Assembly (NCBI GenBank): GCA_015680685.1 | Contig: MNCI01002242.1 | Coordinates: 62,001-126,000 of the forward strand | Origin: Gnetum montanum | Lineage: Eukaryota > Plantae > Gnetophyta | Reading direction: 5' to 3' | Length of the DNA stretch: 64,000 nucleotides | Shown: positions 1-13,429 of the stretch, piece after piece | How positions within the stretch are numbered: position 1 is the stretch's first letter | Layout: each line of letters starts with the position of its first letter | Position numbers and translations under genes: made by a program | Notes under the pieces: generated by a model | The model's input: only the letters and a program-made list of their open reading frames with translations | Databases searched by the model: none | What the model was told of the DNA's origin: nothing

Positions 1-3000
1 GTTCTATAACTTCCTTTGTGCTAAGATGCAAGGTAGTCTCTTGATACCACACTCCAAATCTGATGCTAAGTTTCAGTTCGAAATTATACACTAGGATGGA
101 AAAGAATACATTCCATTGCCTTATGACAAATCCTCCTCACTAACTTTTATGCACAAATCCTCATTCAACTCATAGAGGTTGATAAGTTTAGTAAGGAAAT
201 TAGCTTGGAGGATTGCCAATAAGAGTGCGATGCATTTGAGGGTAAACCAAAGCCAAACACCTTTCTTGGGAGTCTTTTCCAATGTTTTCCTCCCCAAAAA
301 ATTGCTTCCATCTCCATGTCTCTTACCTCATTAGTGGGATAGGTCCCTTAGCCTAATTCCCCTCCTATACATCATACCATGTTTGAGTCTATGCCCATTA
401 TTACTACACACCAAGCCTAGCATGTTCTCCAATAAGCCTCCTGGTTCTCATCGATGCACTTTGACATACAACCTTATTCCATTCACCCATTGTTGATGAT
501 GTCTACCTAACCATCTCCCTTTGTCATGCTAGTGAGGCCCTCATTGGGACCCCAAGCAACACAAGCCTCTTGTAGTCCCTTTGCTTCCTTCATATTACAA
601 GTTCTAACTCAAACCTATTTCTCCTTATTTAACCCACCTATGACAGTGGTTACACAGACTCTTCCCTTTATGCCAACATTAATTGTACAACCTTAATCCT
701 CAAAGCTTCCTCATCAACTATTAATACAAGCACCGTAGTCCATAGGGATGTCCTAAGGTTAGATCAAGCATTCCAAATGATCCAACACCTTACCAAAGAG
801 CTACAAAAACACAAGGCTAGTACAACTTAGATGGTCAATGTTCTAGACTTTTACCAAGATGATCCTATAAGCTCTATAGTGCCTCAAATAACCTTACTTG
901 CAAGCTTTCCTATTCCAAACTTTACCAAATACAATGATGAAGGAGATCCCAACACACATCTAGTCAAATTTCAATCTAAGTGCCTTTTTTTTACAAGCTT
1001 GGCCACATACAATACCGAGGATTTTCTCTATGTCCCTCAAAGGTAAGCCTCTAGAATGGTACTAAACCTTGCTTAGAAGTTCCCTCTCTTTCCTTGAGGG
1101 CTTAATAGGCCAATTTTTCAACCACTTCAAATACAACTTGAAGTTGGATGTCACCTTAGATCAACTGATGAAGGTGAAGCATGGGCCACTTGAACCAGTC
1201 AAAAGGTTCATTCAAAGATGAAATTCAACACTTAACAAGATTCTAGAGCCTATCTTTGAAACCCACATCTTGGCCATCTTCATGGGAGGAATAAATGACT
1301 TCATCAAGTTAAAGCTCTACTACATAGAATCCCAATCATTAATCTAAGCCTACTTACAAACTAAAAACATTGAGGAGCTAGTTAAGGCAAGCAACAATCC
1401 TACCTATGTGGCCTATTAAAACCAACATGTAAGGAGGGATAGGGATAAAACTAAGAAAAAACATACAACCATGGATATAGTGACAAAAGAGTCAAAACAA
1501 GGAGAAAGACAAGGATTACTACCACTCAACACATCCTAAGACTCATTGCAACCATCCACTTCTTATGCCTCAAATCAACTAAGATCAAAATTTGGGTGGA
1601 AGGATAGGTCTAAGTACACAAGATTGCCTATGAAGCCCTTTAAGCTTTTAGAACAATTTCTTAAAGAAAACCGTATACAACATAAGAAATTGTCTAAGGA
1701 TGGTCGTAAGAGAAACGATCATTTTTGTGATATAGCTAGAGATCCAACAACAGCAACCAAAGATAATCTAAAGCTATCAAAATATTTCAGACTAGATAGG
1801 TACTATCATTATCATCAAATGGTTGGTCATGACATTAATTTTTTCCTATCATTGAAGGATTACCTCTAGAAGATGATCAACCTTGGAGAGTTGGTGTTGA
1901 ATGACTGTACCTCTTCAAGAACCAACAACAACTCTTACACTATAGTCTCATTCACAAAAATCAAATGATCTAATCCTCCTAGAAAACCATTTGTCATTAA
2001 GATGCCACCGTAGCCCTAAAACACAAATCCTAGAGAGCCCTTCATCATACTGGTACCACCTCCCTCCAAACCATTAGAAGCCTTTCATCATATGTATCCC
2101 ACCTTCCATGGCATCAACATCACAACCAAGGCCATGAGATACTAATTCTCCAAAGCCTAGGAAACCATATGTTATCTAGATTTCTCCATTTTTAACAAGT
2201 AAAATCATGACAATCCATGATAAAAGCCCATATATAGTGGTCCAAAACTCAAAGGTTAGCACAAAATCATCACTACAATAGTGGAAAAAATAACATATCA
2301 CCAAGCCAACAACAAAGCCCACTAAAGATAACAAATGATAAAAGGATTTGAAGTAAGTTGACCAACCTAGATTTACATAAAGACTAGCTACATCCACTGA
2401 CAAGTGGCCAAAGGCACATACATCAAAACCTAAGTCACAAACTCTAGGAAGGATGGAAAAATTTAAAACCACTAAGGCAAAGAGTTTTCTTGCAATAATG
2501 GAACAAGCCAAATAGTCCCTAAAATAAAAGAACATGTCACTGAACTTGTACAACTTGTTCATGACTTCTCTTGCTCATAGGGACGTACTAGCTCAAGTGT
2601 TAACTTCTATCCCTATGAGCAAAGACATGCTGGACAATAAGGAATCAATCCACTTTATCATTGAGCAAACTTCACTTAGGAAAGACACATGCATGAACCA
2701 TGCTTAACTTTCATGATAGTGTCACTTAGGAAAGACAAGACTGACTCTCTAAATGGAGAAGTATTATCTACTTCTCTCCTAATTACTATACGTGTTGGTA
2801 GGTACAAAGTTCATTATGTCCATGTGGATGATGGGGAAACAACTAATGTATTACAATTTTCCATTGTTGAAAAGCTAGGATTAACCAAGAACATCCAAGA
2901 AACCACCACCTCAGCACTCAAGTCATTCAATGTATCACAAGGATCGGTGTAAGGTTCCAGCTCCTTGGATTTCATAGTCAGGGAGAAATTCCCTACATCC

Positions 3001-3403
3001 TCCAACTTCCTAGTGGTTGAAGAGACACTTGGCTTCATCTTGATCTTAGGAAGGCCATGGTTATCTAAGCTTCATGCAATATCATCCCCTATACATTAAG
3101 AGATTCACTTGCCCTATGAGGGAGGAAAAACTAGCATTCATGGAGACAACATGTTGCTACCTTTAGTTAACTATTTCAACATCGACCAAGGGTCAAAGGT
3201 GGAGTTTGAAGAGGAAATTCTTGAAACTCAGACTAGGGACAACAACAATGAGAACAACAATGATGTGAATAACACCAATCTTGTGACATTTAATTACAAA
3301 TGAAAATGCATGTATCTTGCCATGCTAAACAAGAGAGATGGTATGCATAAGATTTTGTCAAAAGGATTACTTGATCTCTCAAAGATCAAACAACAAGTTC
3401 ATT
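1..3403 (+). pseudogene. gag-protease pseudogene of Tat copy 1
   Basis: Gag motif FPIPNFTKYNDEGDPNTHLVKF (831-1046), His/Cys motif YYHYHQMVGHDI, and aspartic protease VHVDDGETTNVL...LILGRPWL (~2800-3070). Many C>T-type stops. Confidence 0.85.
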
Positions 3404-4011
3404 GTAAAAATCTTGTCCATTCTTTTGTCAACTGTTTCTTCACCTTTGCAACATTGTATCATGTTTCATTGTTGATTCTATCCTTGTATGCTCTTTTGAG
3501 ATCATCCCATACTTGCTAGAAAAATATACACCATGATCTACTAAGGCCTAAAACTAGTAATATCATGGTCCACTAAGGCCTAAATCTAACAACATTATTT
3601 CCTACCTAGGCTTAAAATTGGTGAAGCCATAATGACCTCTTATTATCATCCCTAGACCAACATTGTAGCCAATCTACCTCATAGTGTCATTTGCAAGTCT
3701 TACTTATATCCTACTCTATAATTACCATTATCAAATATTTTTATTTACCTATTTCATTTTATAGCCTTATTACATATACTATTCATGTTTATAAAATCAA
3801 GATATAGCTGAAGTCACATTGTGTGATGATAAATCCATATACATACATGAATGTCCAACACCGTGGTTGCATTATGTAACATATGACAACAAAAATAATA
3901 CATGGCTTTCATGACCAATATGGCCAAATAAAATAGATACAAAAATGATGTAGATAAAAGAACTAAACATAACTAGGTCATTAATGATCAAGATAGAGCC
4001 ATAAGAGAGGG

Positions 4012-4042
4012 AAGGGAGAGAGAGAGAGAGAGAGAGAGAGAG
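4012..4042. repeat. (AG)n microsatellite
   Basis: Visible AG run. Confidence 0.9.
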
Positions 4043-4143
4043 CATAATTAGTATTATCACCAACTCCATCACCATTTTAACTTGAGGCCTATAAACAATA
4101 AAGGAGATAACCATTAGTGGTATAAGAATAGAAAACCCTATTA

Positions 4144-4379
4144 GAAGCCAAAAACACACAAAGCACAACTAAGAATTCCAAAAATATGTAAATTACAATG
4201 ATGCTTAGAGCACCTAATGGTGTAACAAGAATTGTTGAAGCAGAGGTGTAGTTTGCAAAATTTGTTATCTTCTCGATGACCATGGTTATCATGCTTGCCC
4301 ATTAGAGTACCTCACATAAATATGAAAAACCTCATTTCCTTGTATCTCTTTTAACTAGTGTGAATTCCTTACGTTTCAT
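4144..4379 (-). pseudogene. NIPA-family magnesium transporter fragment, apparently intronless
   Basis: Translates KRK...[44 protein letters not shown], then after a deletion/frameshift LHIFGILSCALCVFG. This matches plant NIPA [45 protein letters not shown]...LHIFGILGCALCVVG. Confidence 0.85.
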
Positions 4380-4572
4380 CCAAAAATGCATATAGAAAAC
4401 TACAAATTAATTCTCATCATCTAGTAATCCAAATGTGAATAGGATAGACGTCACTTAAAAAAGATCTACAAAACAAACCTCTGGCTGATGTGTGATCTTC
4501 CTGCCTTGGGACTACTTGAAACCAAGATGTGATTCTAACCAAAACTAGAAAAACTTAGTGTATCAATTTAAG

Positions 4573-5685
4573 GAGGAGTGGGAAATCATAATTTCTATTC
4601 CTACACCATTTATTAAGACACTTCTAAAGTGAATGTCCCAACCTTTTGTTGCAACTATTGCTGCTAATAATCTAATGTTAGCAAACATTTTACCATCTGA
4701 TTTAGTGTATAAAACTAAAAAGAAAATGTAGGAAATTAAAGTAAATGTAGCTATCATAGTTGTTGATAATAAACCTAGAGGGATTTTAATCCCAAAATAA
4801 TTTTTGATGCAGGTGGTAGCATTGTCTCTTAACCCTAAATCGATAGCTATAGAAAAGATGATGACACTTAATTGAGAGTGCATAACTATTGACACTCCTA
4901 TTATTGATGCACTACATGTAATGCATGATGGAAAGTTCTCACATTTATCCATAGTAGACAAAGGTGGATTTTTTGTGACATGTATTGATGTATTAGAAAC
5001 AATACATGCAACAATAGCAACAACTAAGATTCATAGTTTGCTATAAGTATCCAACCATATGAACCAATTTGGAAATGCTAGAATTATTAGCTTAGATGAA
5101 GTAAATACTAAGATGTAGAAATTTTGGTATTCAACTTTGACATTAGATCCAATAAATGGCCATGATGATTCACAGATTGATGCTTCAACAAAGTTGAATT
5201 TTGAGGCATCAGAAGTAAGGAAAGCTGCCCTTGCACTATTAGGTGAAGGAAATATATTTAGGTTTAAATTAGAGGATAGGAAAGGTCATGCTCATAGGTT
5301 TAGTTGCAATGTGAAAAATTTGTAGGATCTCATAATGATAATCAAATAGTGGATAGGGGAAGAAGTTAATCCTAGCAGGAAGTCCCAACTTTTGTATAAT
5401 GATGATGAAGGTGACCAAATGTTATTAATAATAGATGGTGACCTTCTTGAAACTATGAATTATGCTAGATCAATTAGTTCAAAGGCATTTAGAGTTCATT
5501 TTGACTATTCAAATGCTTCTTCCATAGAAGAAAAGGAAATTAAGTCATTTACAATTCCTAAACTAGTTGTCTCTAACCACTTGAGCCTAGCACAGACAAA
5601 AAGATGGAAACCTCATATACTATTGTGGCAATTAAAGCTACTATAACTGTAGGAATTAGTGCTTTGGCATTTTTTTTAAAAAAGG
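4573..5685 (+). pseudogene. processed pseudogene fragment of a CBS-CBS-PB1 (CBSCBSPB-type) protein, C-terminal part
   Basis: One frame over 4573-5646 with internal stops: CBS pair (DNKPRGILIPK...IIDALHVMHDGKFSHLSIVDK), KFWYS, and PB1 (FRFKLEDRKGHAHRF...LYNDDEGDQMLL). A frameshifted C-terminal TM segment follows (SYTIVAIKATITVGISALAFFLKK). No introns. Confidence 0.9.
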
Positions 5686-6336
5686 AAAAATATGGGTTAA
5701 TAGCCACCACATGGCCTAAAGGTCTAGGGTTGGCCACCTAGCCACAAAGAGAAGGCACCTTTGCCCTACACTGTATCACTATTGCACCCTGTAGAAACCA
5801 CCACTACATGCCACACTCTCATCTCACATGTAGGTACTGTAGCAATTGCACCATTCCACACACCATGCAAGCTATGTTGTACATCACCATAAACCTCTAC
5901 ATAATACCTACTACTACCTCATCACTATGCACGTGCCATCGTCCCTTACATCCCACTATGTGCCTTCTTGCTTGAACCACTATGCATCTCCCTCTCTTGC
6001 ACCACGAAAGTCTCCTGTGATCCCAAAGACACCACCACATGTCACTCGACACCTAGAGTTGACTACATAGACCTGGCACTGCATCATGTTACCCTAATAT
6101 ATGCCATTAGCTACCTACCTACGCTTCCTTCTATGTCATTGACTGCCTGTGCTATGCTTGCTATTGTCTACCTTCACGTGTAATTGATACTAAAACCACA
6201 CTCTATCTTTCTATATGCTAATGCTACGCATTGATGAAGAAACCATCTTTGTCTAAATAGAAATTACAAAACCCTCATTTATGACAAGAAATCCTTACTA
6301 TCGCCACATGACTACATTCTTTCTTTAGGAAACAAA

Positions 6337-6730
6337 ACACTAAGGGACTACATTGGCTAGCATAGTGCCAAAGAAGTTCCAAAAATGGAACTATGTCAAA
6401 CATTGAGGGACACAGTTTCAAAAAAGGAAATATGCCAAACACTAAGGGACTATACTAGCCATTATAGTCCTGACGTAGTTTCAAAAATAGAAATATGCCA
6501 AACACTAATGGATTACATTGGCCAACATAGTCTCAACGTTGTGGAAAAAACAAAAATATGTCAAACACTAAGGAACTACATTGGAACTAATGAACTACAT
6601 TGGCCAACATAGTCCTGATGTAGTGCCAAAAATAGAAATATTCCAAATGTTGAGGGACTACAGTGGCTAGTGTAGTCTCAATGCAGTGCTAAAAATGTAT
6701 CCATAGCAAATTCCAAGGGACTATGTTGTC
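6337..6730. repeat. 63-bp tandem array (~6 units) with palindromic core GGGACTAC(G)TTGGCCAAC(G)TAGTCC
   Basis: Units start near 6337, 6400 (partial), 6439, 6502, 6565 and 6647. The periodic TLRDY peptide in the ORF track reflects this array. Confidence 0.85.
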
Positions 6731-9241
6731 TAGTTCTTTGAAACCTTCCTCTCCTACCAAAACCATTTTTTCATTGCCTTGTAGTCATCCACCTTGCCTA
6801 CCACATCTTATGTGTTACTAAAACCCTTGCTAGTGTGCATGGCCTTTGTGCCAAACCCTTGCTAGCCATGCCTCTTACCATTGCACACCGTAAAGTTGCA
6901 TGCTTGCTCCCATTCATCAACCACACATCCATATGCTTTGTTGCTGCTTACCAACATTCATCCATCCCTCAAATCCATTACATTTGCCTTGGTGTTGGTC
7001 CTATTGCTTGCAGATGCATGTCTCAGTCCTCCAAATGCTTATTTCTATTCAGTTTAAGTGATTTCTAATTTGTCCTTAACTGTATAAAAAGTATCCTTAA
7101 ATGAAATAGTCATGTTGTATCCAACACAAAGATAATAAAACAATACTTAATCACAAAAGAAAAATTAAAGATGAAAACATACACCTTGCTTTCCTCTTCA
7201 AAAAAGGAAAACACTGAGGAAAATTGGCAAAATATGGCCTTGATTGACTATATTGGACCATATGTCACTTACCTCGCTTTGTTTGGCTTTTTCTAGCCTT
7301 GTTTGCTCTATGTTTTGGCCTTACTTGACCTTATTCCACACTATTGTTCATGCTTAACACATCATTTGGTGTCAGTTAACCCTGATTTTCATCATGTTTG
7401 CATTATTTGGCCCTTTTTTTAATGACAATTCTCCATTATTCGACATCATTTGGACCATGATTGGCTTGATGCCATTTGACATCACTAAAGCATTATTTGA
7501 TCTTATTTCATACCATTTTATGCAATTTTGACCTTCATTTGGCATTTATTTGACTCCATTCCACATCATTTAGCCTTTGTTTCATACTATTTGCTTTAAC
7601 TTACCCCTAATAGCCTTTGTTGAACTATTTTTGTCCTTTGATCTAATGTGTTTTGACTTATATATGCATTATTATTAATGTATTTTACATTGTTTCTACA
7701 TTATTTAACAATTTTATTACATAGGTTCCACTTTATGTGCTTATGTTATCATGTAGAAATGAGCTAGGAGAATAAGGGAGCAAATTTGACTAGCTTTAAA
7801 GCATACATGGACCCCTCTCATGATGTCGTTAGACCAAGTTAACCTAAAATATCCAAGTGCTAAGCCTCAAGATAATTCTATCATACATAATTGACATCCA
7901 AAAGTACCCTAATGATCATTAACCTTGAAGCCAAAAACATCATGGAGGTTCCCTTAGTCAAAGTTTTCATCTAAGACCATGATGGTGAGGAGAAAACACA
8001 TGAAACCAAGTTCCTCACCAAAACTTAACCCTGCTCAAGATAACATCAAACCATTTTTATGCAATATCAAAGCTATCACATAGCCTTGATTACATCTAAC
8101 ACTCACATGTTTTCTTATAGTGTTATTTATCATTGTTGATAGGTTGGGATGAATGACCGATGTTGATGATTTCGATGGTCTACAACACACGAGCTTGCAT
8201 TCTCTCTCTCTCTCTCTCTCTCTCCCCTTGTTTGACACAATGAATGAACTATAGAATGTTGTAAATTTGATGTACATTGCACAAATCCCTCTATCATGTG
8301 ACAATGGTGACCCATTATGACCTAGTCTATTGGTTGACTAGTGTGGTCCTATGTATCATATTATAACAACATGCTTTCTTTGTCTTGTTTTCTTGTCCTC
8401 TTGGAGTTGTGCTTGTACGATGAAGCTTGATATAGCATTGTAGAGGTGAAACTCATTTTGACAACAAGTTACCATGTGACCCTAATGAGTAAGATTTGGT
8501 TAGCTTGTCTTGTCATACCAAGAGTTCTTGTTTCACATCATTTCCATTACTGTTTCTTGAGCTCAATCCCATATCCTAATTATAATCTTTTGTATCATGA
8601 ATGAAAATGATGACCAATGTTCAACACTCATGTGTTATGGCTAGGTGACATCCCCTTTATCATGATCCACCATCAAGTTTGTTGGATGCAACACATCTCA
8701 TTCAATAAAAAACAAAATCAAAGTCAACCTTGGCAATGAAACCCAATGAAGGTTTCACCTCTTAAGAAAAAGAAAAAAATAAATGGAAAAGTAAATTGCT
8801 AAGAAGCCAAAAGATTGATGAAGACCAAAATACAAACTAATGGCTCCAAAAAACAAGGAGAGGAGCCTAACGACCAAAGAAACCTTGGAGTGTGGTGTTG
8901 GTTCCTCAAAAACATTACTGAGTGACCAACACTTTGAAACATGAAGTGTGAAGACCACATCAAATAGCCAATATGTCATTACCATGATATAACCATGATG
9001 TCAACATTGGGAATTCATTGTTAACCTATGTGACCACTCCTTCATGACCAAATATAGCCCTTAACCTATATCATCTCATCATAATACTTAATCCCATCAT
9101 TACAAGCACTCTTTGGCATGGTTCAACAATATTGAATCAAGCATGGAGAGGGAACATTGATGATGGACCTGTGATGGTGTTTTATAATCTTTGTCAATGT
9201 CTCTTGAGTCCATCTTCTAAACATCAACAATGAGGGACCAA

Positions 9242-10509
9242 TGATACACCACTAGGAAAATTCATGTTCCACCCTTCACCATTAAGCGTGAGGCAAGATC
9301 TTATAGTAAATGTAGGACTTGTAGTCCATGAGCTTGAATCTTGCATACTTGAACTTTTGGTGTTGAAAAATGCATCATAAGTGGTTGTAGCCTCACTTCC
9401 CAAGTGGAAAAAGTCACCTCATATCTATATTTGGACTTGGCAAGGTTAAAAATGCCTTGGGAATTGCCAAATTTGGCATTTTCGAAGATTTTTATGGGGG
9501 TATAGCTTCAACTACGTTGGAACCACCTACCCCCAATGCAGATGGTGTTGGAGTTTTATTTTTCTAGCAAAACCCAACATAGTGATCACAAAACCTAGCA
9601 TAGCTACACACATCGACCATCAAAGTTGTTGGGTTTTTTATTTTATCTACAATGACTAGCGTAGATACCATATTTCCTAGCATAGATGTAATAAAAGCCA
9701 AAGTGGATGCAACAAAAGCTAGCATAGATGCAACAAAGCTAGTGTAGTACCAAGAGTCTGTTTACTATTTTTAGCATCTAGTGCAGTTTCAATGGTCTTG
9801 GATGCATCTAAACTTACCATAAATGGAACTACATTGGAGGTAAAAGGCCTACTACACCTACATGTGATTTCAATGTGTCAACAATCATTGCAAAAAAATT
9901 TCAGCAACAAATTGAACACTAGTAGCTTATTTAAACAAAATTCTAACACTTTGAAAGGGATATTTGGCAAATTGGTAATTGGTTGAGCATTGGAGACTCT
10001 CAGTGCATTAATTAGTAGAAAATAGCAAAAATTCAAGCAATTTTCCATCATCTTTACAACCAATGTAGCATATTTAAGCCCAAGAACCAATGAGGAGTTT
10101 TGGAAGTTAGAGCTTAGAAGTACCTAGATAATGCAACCCATTGCAGAACACAACCTAACAATTTCACTAGACTTCAAGCATCACTCAATCAACTCCTTGT
10201 GCATCTAGGCTCACACTTGTACATCTTGGAACTTTTCTCTTGTAACATTTTTATTATTTTAATAAAAATAAATATTTCATTTATTTGTGCAAGTTTATAT
10301 CAAAGTAAAATTTTGTGCTTTTTCTTAGATTAGATTTGCATTTTTTATTTAATTTGTTTGCACCATTTACAATTTCTAGGTTCCTGGGTGATTGACAAGA
10401 GTGTCCAAGATTCTTCAAATCCTATTTTTGGAGGCCCTTGGGATCCAAAGTTAAACTCTTTCACTTGGAATTTTTAGTTTTTTAGTGACCAAATTTTTTA
10501 GGAGTTACA
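9242..10509 (+). repeat. 3' LTR of Tat copy 1
   Basis: Starts TGATACACC after the PPT and ends ...ggagttaCA. The 3' end aligns with 14400-14544 and 53380-53537. Internal ~21-bp CTAGC(A/G)TAGAT repeats at 9595-9750. Confidence 0.7.
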
Positions 10510-10645
10510 TGTCTCATCTTGTTTGTATACGTCTTCCTATAGATATCTATGCCTAAAATAAGACATCTATAACTACTTGTAGACATCATTTTCACCTCAT
10601 AGATGTCTCACCATAGACATCTCTTACTTTCCTAGACATGTCCAT
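10510..10645. repeat. remnant with AGAC(G/A)TCT motif cluster, SIRE-LTR-like
   Basis: Repeated agacatct/agatgtct, as in the SIRE LTRs at 29350-29470 and 56280-56450. Confidence 0.4.
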
Positions 10646-13429
10646 TGTATGGCCAACATTATAACAAACATGTTTCTCTTGGATTTTGGTCCTCCAATTT
10701 ATCTTAAAACATGGTTTTGTTAACACATAATCTTAAAATCCTATTGAATTTTCCATCTTGTTGAATTTCATGTATTCTCTTTTGGATCATTAAGTATTCA
10801 ATATTTCATATGTATGAGTGAGTTTCATTTGGACTAAACAAATATCAATTTTTTATTTTCCTTTGGTCATTATTTAGGATACTTATCTTGTCCTTTTGAT
10901 CTTCTAGAATTTTGGTAAATGCATTGTCTCATATTTTGATTTCACTATTCCTTTCATTGGGATTTTAATTTTTATAACACATTTCTTGGGTAAATGGTTG
11001 TTGCATGATTTGAATGTTGATTCTTAAGTGGTTATTAGTTGTTAGAGATTTTGGTTTTCTTATTATATGAATTAATCAATTTGTTTTGTAAAAGTAATTT
11101 AGTGTCCTTCTTTTTGAATTAATTGGTATCTTTGGAACATTGTTTGGATTGTGTGAAATTCCTTTGAATGTTTTATTTGGTTCCTTGTTGATGATGTAGT
11201 TTCATGTGATTTTTTTTGGCTTAATGGTGCTATATCATTTTTTGAAATTATGTCTTTTTTCAAGATCTCTTTGGCTATGTTACTAGCTCACACCATGAGT
11301 TCGAATATCATGTTTGTATGTTTGTTTGATGCTTGAATGGTAGAGATAGTACAGATTTTCTTTGGCCAATTGAAGATGAGCTTCTTAGAGATTTTTTATG
11401 ATTAGCCTCTATGAGGATGCATCAATGTAACTTTCACTGTAGGCCCCAACCTACATTAGAGGATTATATTATGGTTCTTTGGTTCTTATTGTTCGATGTT
11501 TTCATAACATTAAATGTAAGTCTTGGTAGATGGCTCTAGCATTGGTATATATTTGGAAAATGCATGAAGTGAGTCTTAAAGACATTTATTATTTAGTTTG
11601 AGGCTAATAATAAATTCATGTGTATGGTAGTTTGATATTTGATCTGAATAGATTTTGGTTTTTGAATTTGGTAAAGTACGCATAACAACTTAACAATCAA
11701 TTGACTTTGAGTGTGATAAGTGCTAGCATCCTTGTTTTTGGTGATGATTTAAATTGGTAGATATTAGTTTTGATAATGTTAGATAGTTGGATATTTGGCT
11801 GTACATTTTTTTTCTTATTTAGATGTTCATGTGCTAACATGTTTTGTACGACAACAATGTTCCATCTATCTTTCATAAGATCTATCCTTTCTTTGGTTGG
11901 AGTGGGTGCTAAGATTTCTCATTCAATTGTATACTAATAACTCATTTTTATTATAAGTTAATTAGGTTAGGTGGAGATTCAATATCTTTGATAGTTCGCT
12001 AAATTGTTTCTAATGCAATTTATTATTTTATATTGTTATATTTAAGGTCTGGATATTTATGTATTTGACATTCCAACATTGTATTAGATGTTGTTTCTTC
12101 TTTTCCAACCTCTTGATTTTTGGATTATTTTTGAAATACACCTTTCATATTATGTTTGTTATATATTATGGTTATTTAGATTGAATTTTATTTAATTCCC
12201 TTATTTTTGTGTTGATTTTTAGTAAACATTTTATATTATTTTCCTATCTCGTTATTTTAAGTTTCTAGCATATATTTTTATCATAATTTTATTTATATTT
12301 ATGTATTTCTTTTTTTCCATTAGTTTTATTTCTTTCATTGGTTATAGATTCATGCTAGGTTCCTTTGAAATCTTTTTCTTTTTAACTACACAATTCTTTC
12401 ATTATCTTACTTCTTATGTGACCAATCATTTGTTTGGAGTTTTATCCAACATAATGTTCTCCAACCTAAGGTTTAGGAGTCAAGTTGTTACATTACAAAT
12501 AAGATAAAGCTAATTGACCATTATGCCAATATTGTAGTTTGAAAGATGAAATTTTCACATCTAGAGGTAATGGTATAGGATTTTTAAAAAATTTTACTAA
12601 AAATTTTTGAATTCCCTAATAACCTACCTTTTCTTAAGAAGTGACTCATACCATAGTTTACACTCGTGGACAAAAATAAGTTAGAAAGGTATTCTCTAAA
12701 TCATTTTCATTAAGAGAAACTAGGAGAAATGATGTGTTTAAAATGATGAAAATATGTGCAAAGATCCTTAAGGAAGTTTTTTCAACATGGGTTTCATATG
12801 AAAACTTTTAACATTTGAAAATGTTAGGAATAATTGGATTGCATACTTCATAGTAGTAAGTTTAATAAATTGTAATGTTAGGCTTCCAATTTAACTATAT
12901 GAGGTTATCATCACTACATATTTTTATCATAGAATAGCTAGCAAATTTATTTCATTAATTTTAAGCTTATTGAATGATGCCATTAAAGAATTATATATTT
13001 AAGATTTAAATCAAGTAGTATCATATTCATCTTTTTTTATAATTTGGTAAGAATTCTATTATTAACAACCTCTTTTTGAAAAGTCTTGTGTCAAATCAAG
13101 TCTATAGATAAGATCCATATTATCTATAGGCTTGATGGATTGTCTTCTTAAAATGATGGATTGTTAATTATTTAGAATATCTTAGTTTATTAAAAACTTT
13201 TGTGAAAATTTTGATCCTTCTATTTTTCTTCAAAATTACATTAAACTAATGATTTAAAATATAATAGTAGTGGCTATGATGCTTTCATGAAATGTTATTT
13301 ATTCAAATTCTTAGAGAAATATTCAAATAATTAATTAATGGTAAAAATAGATTCCAAACAAATTTTAATTTTTTAAGAAAAATAATATTGCAATTTGGTC
13401 ATTTGGTAGATTGAGTTATATTTTCTAAG

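Larger units (their letters stand above)
3404..7756 (+). other. candidate PR-RT intron of copy 1 (cargo-containing)
   Basis: Donor-like CAT T|GTAAAA at 3404 (alternative GT at 3397) and acceptor ttatgttatcatgtAG at 7756. Both are positionally homologous to sites in copies 2 and 3. Confidence 0.6.
1..10509 (+). mobile_element. Ty3/gypsy Tat/Ogre-like LTR retrotransposon, copy 1 (non-autonomous, pol deleted; 5' end outside window)
   Basis: Degenerate gag-PR is collinear with copies 2 and 3. The 3' UTR (8330-9230) matches 49600-49950 and 51630-52110. A PPT-like tgagggacca (9231-9240) is followed by a 3' LTR. Confidence 0.85.

Noticed and set aside
4563-4961. 132-aa minus-strand ORF as a membrane protein or NIPA continuation
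   Set aside because: It is the antisense shadow of the CBS coding frame on the + strand.
4573-5685. functional CBS-PB1 gene
   Set aside because: 5'-truncated, with several in-frame stops and a frameshift.
6385-6612. ORF with 21-aa repeats
   Set aside because: By-product of the 63-bp palindromic DNA array; neighbouring units contain stops.
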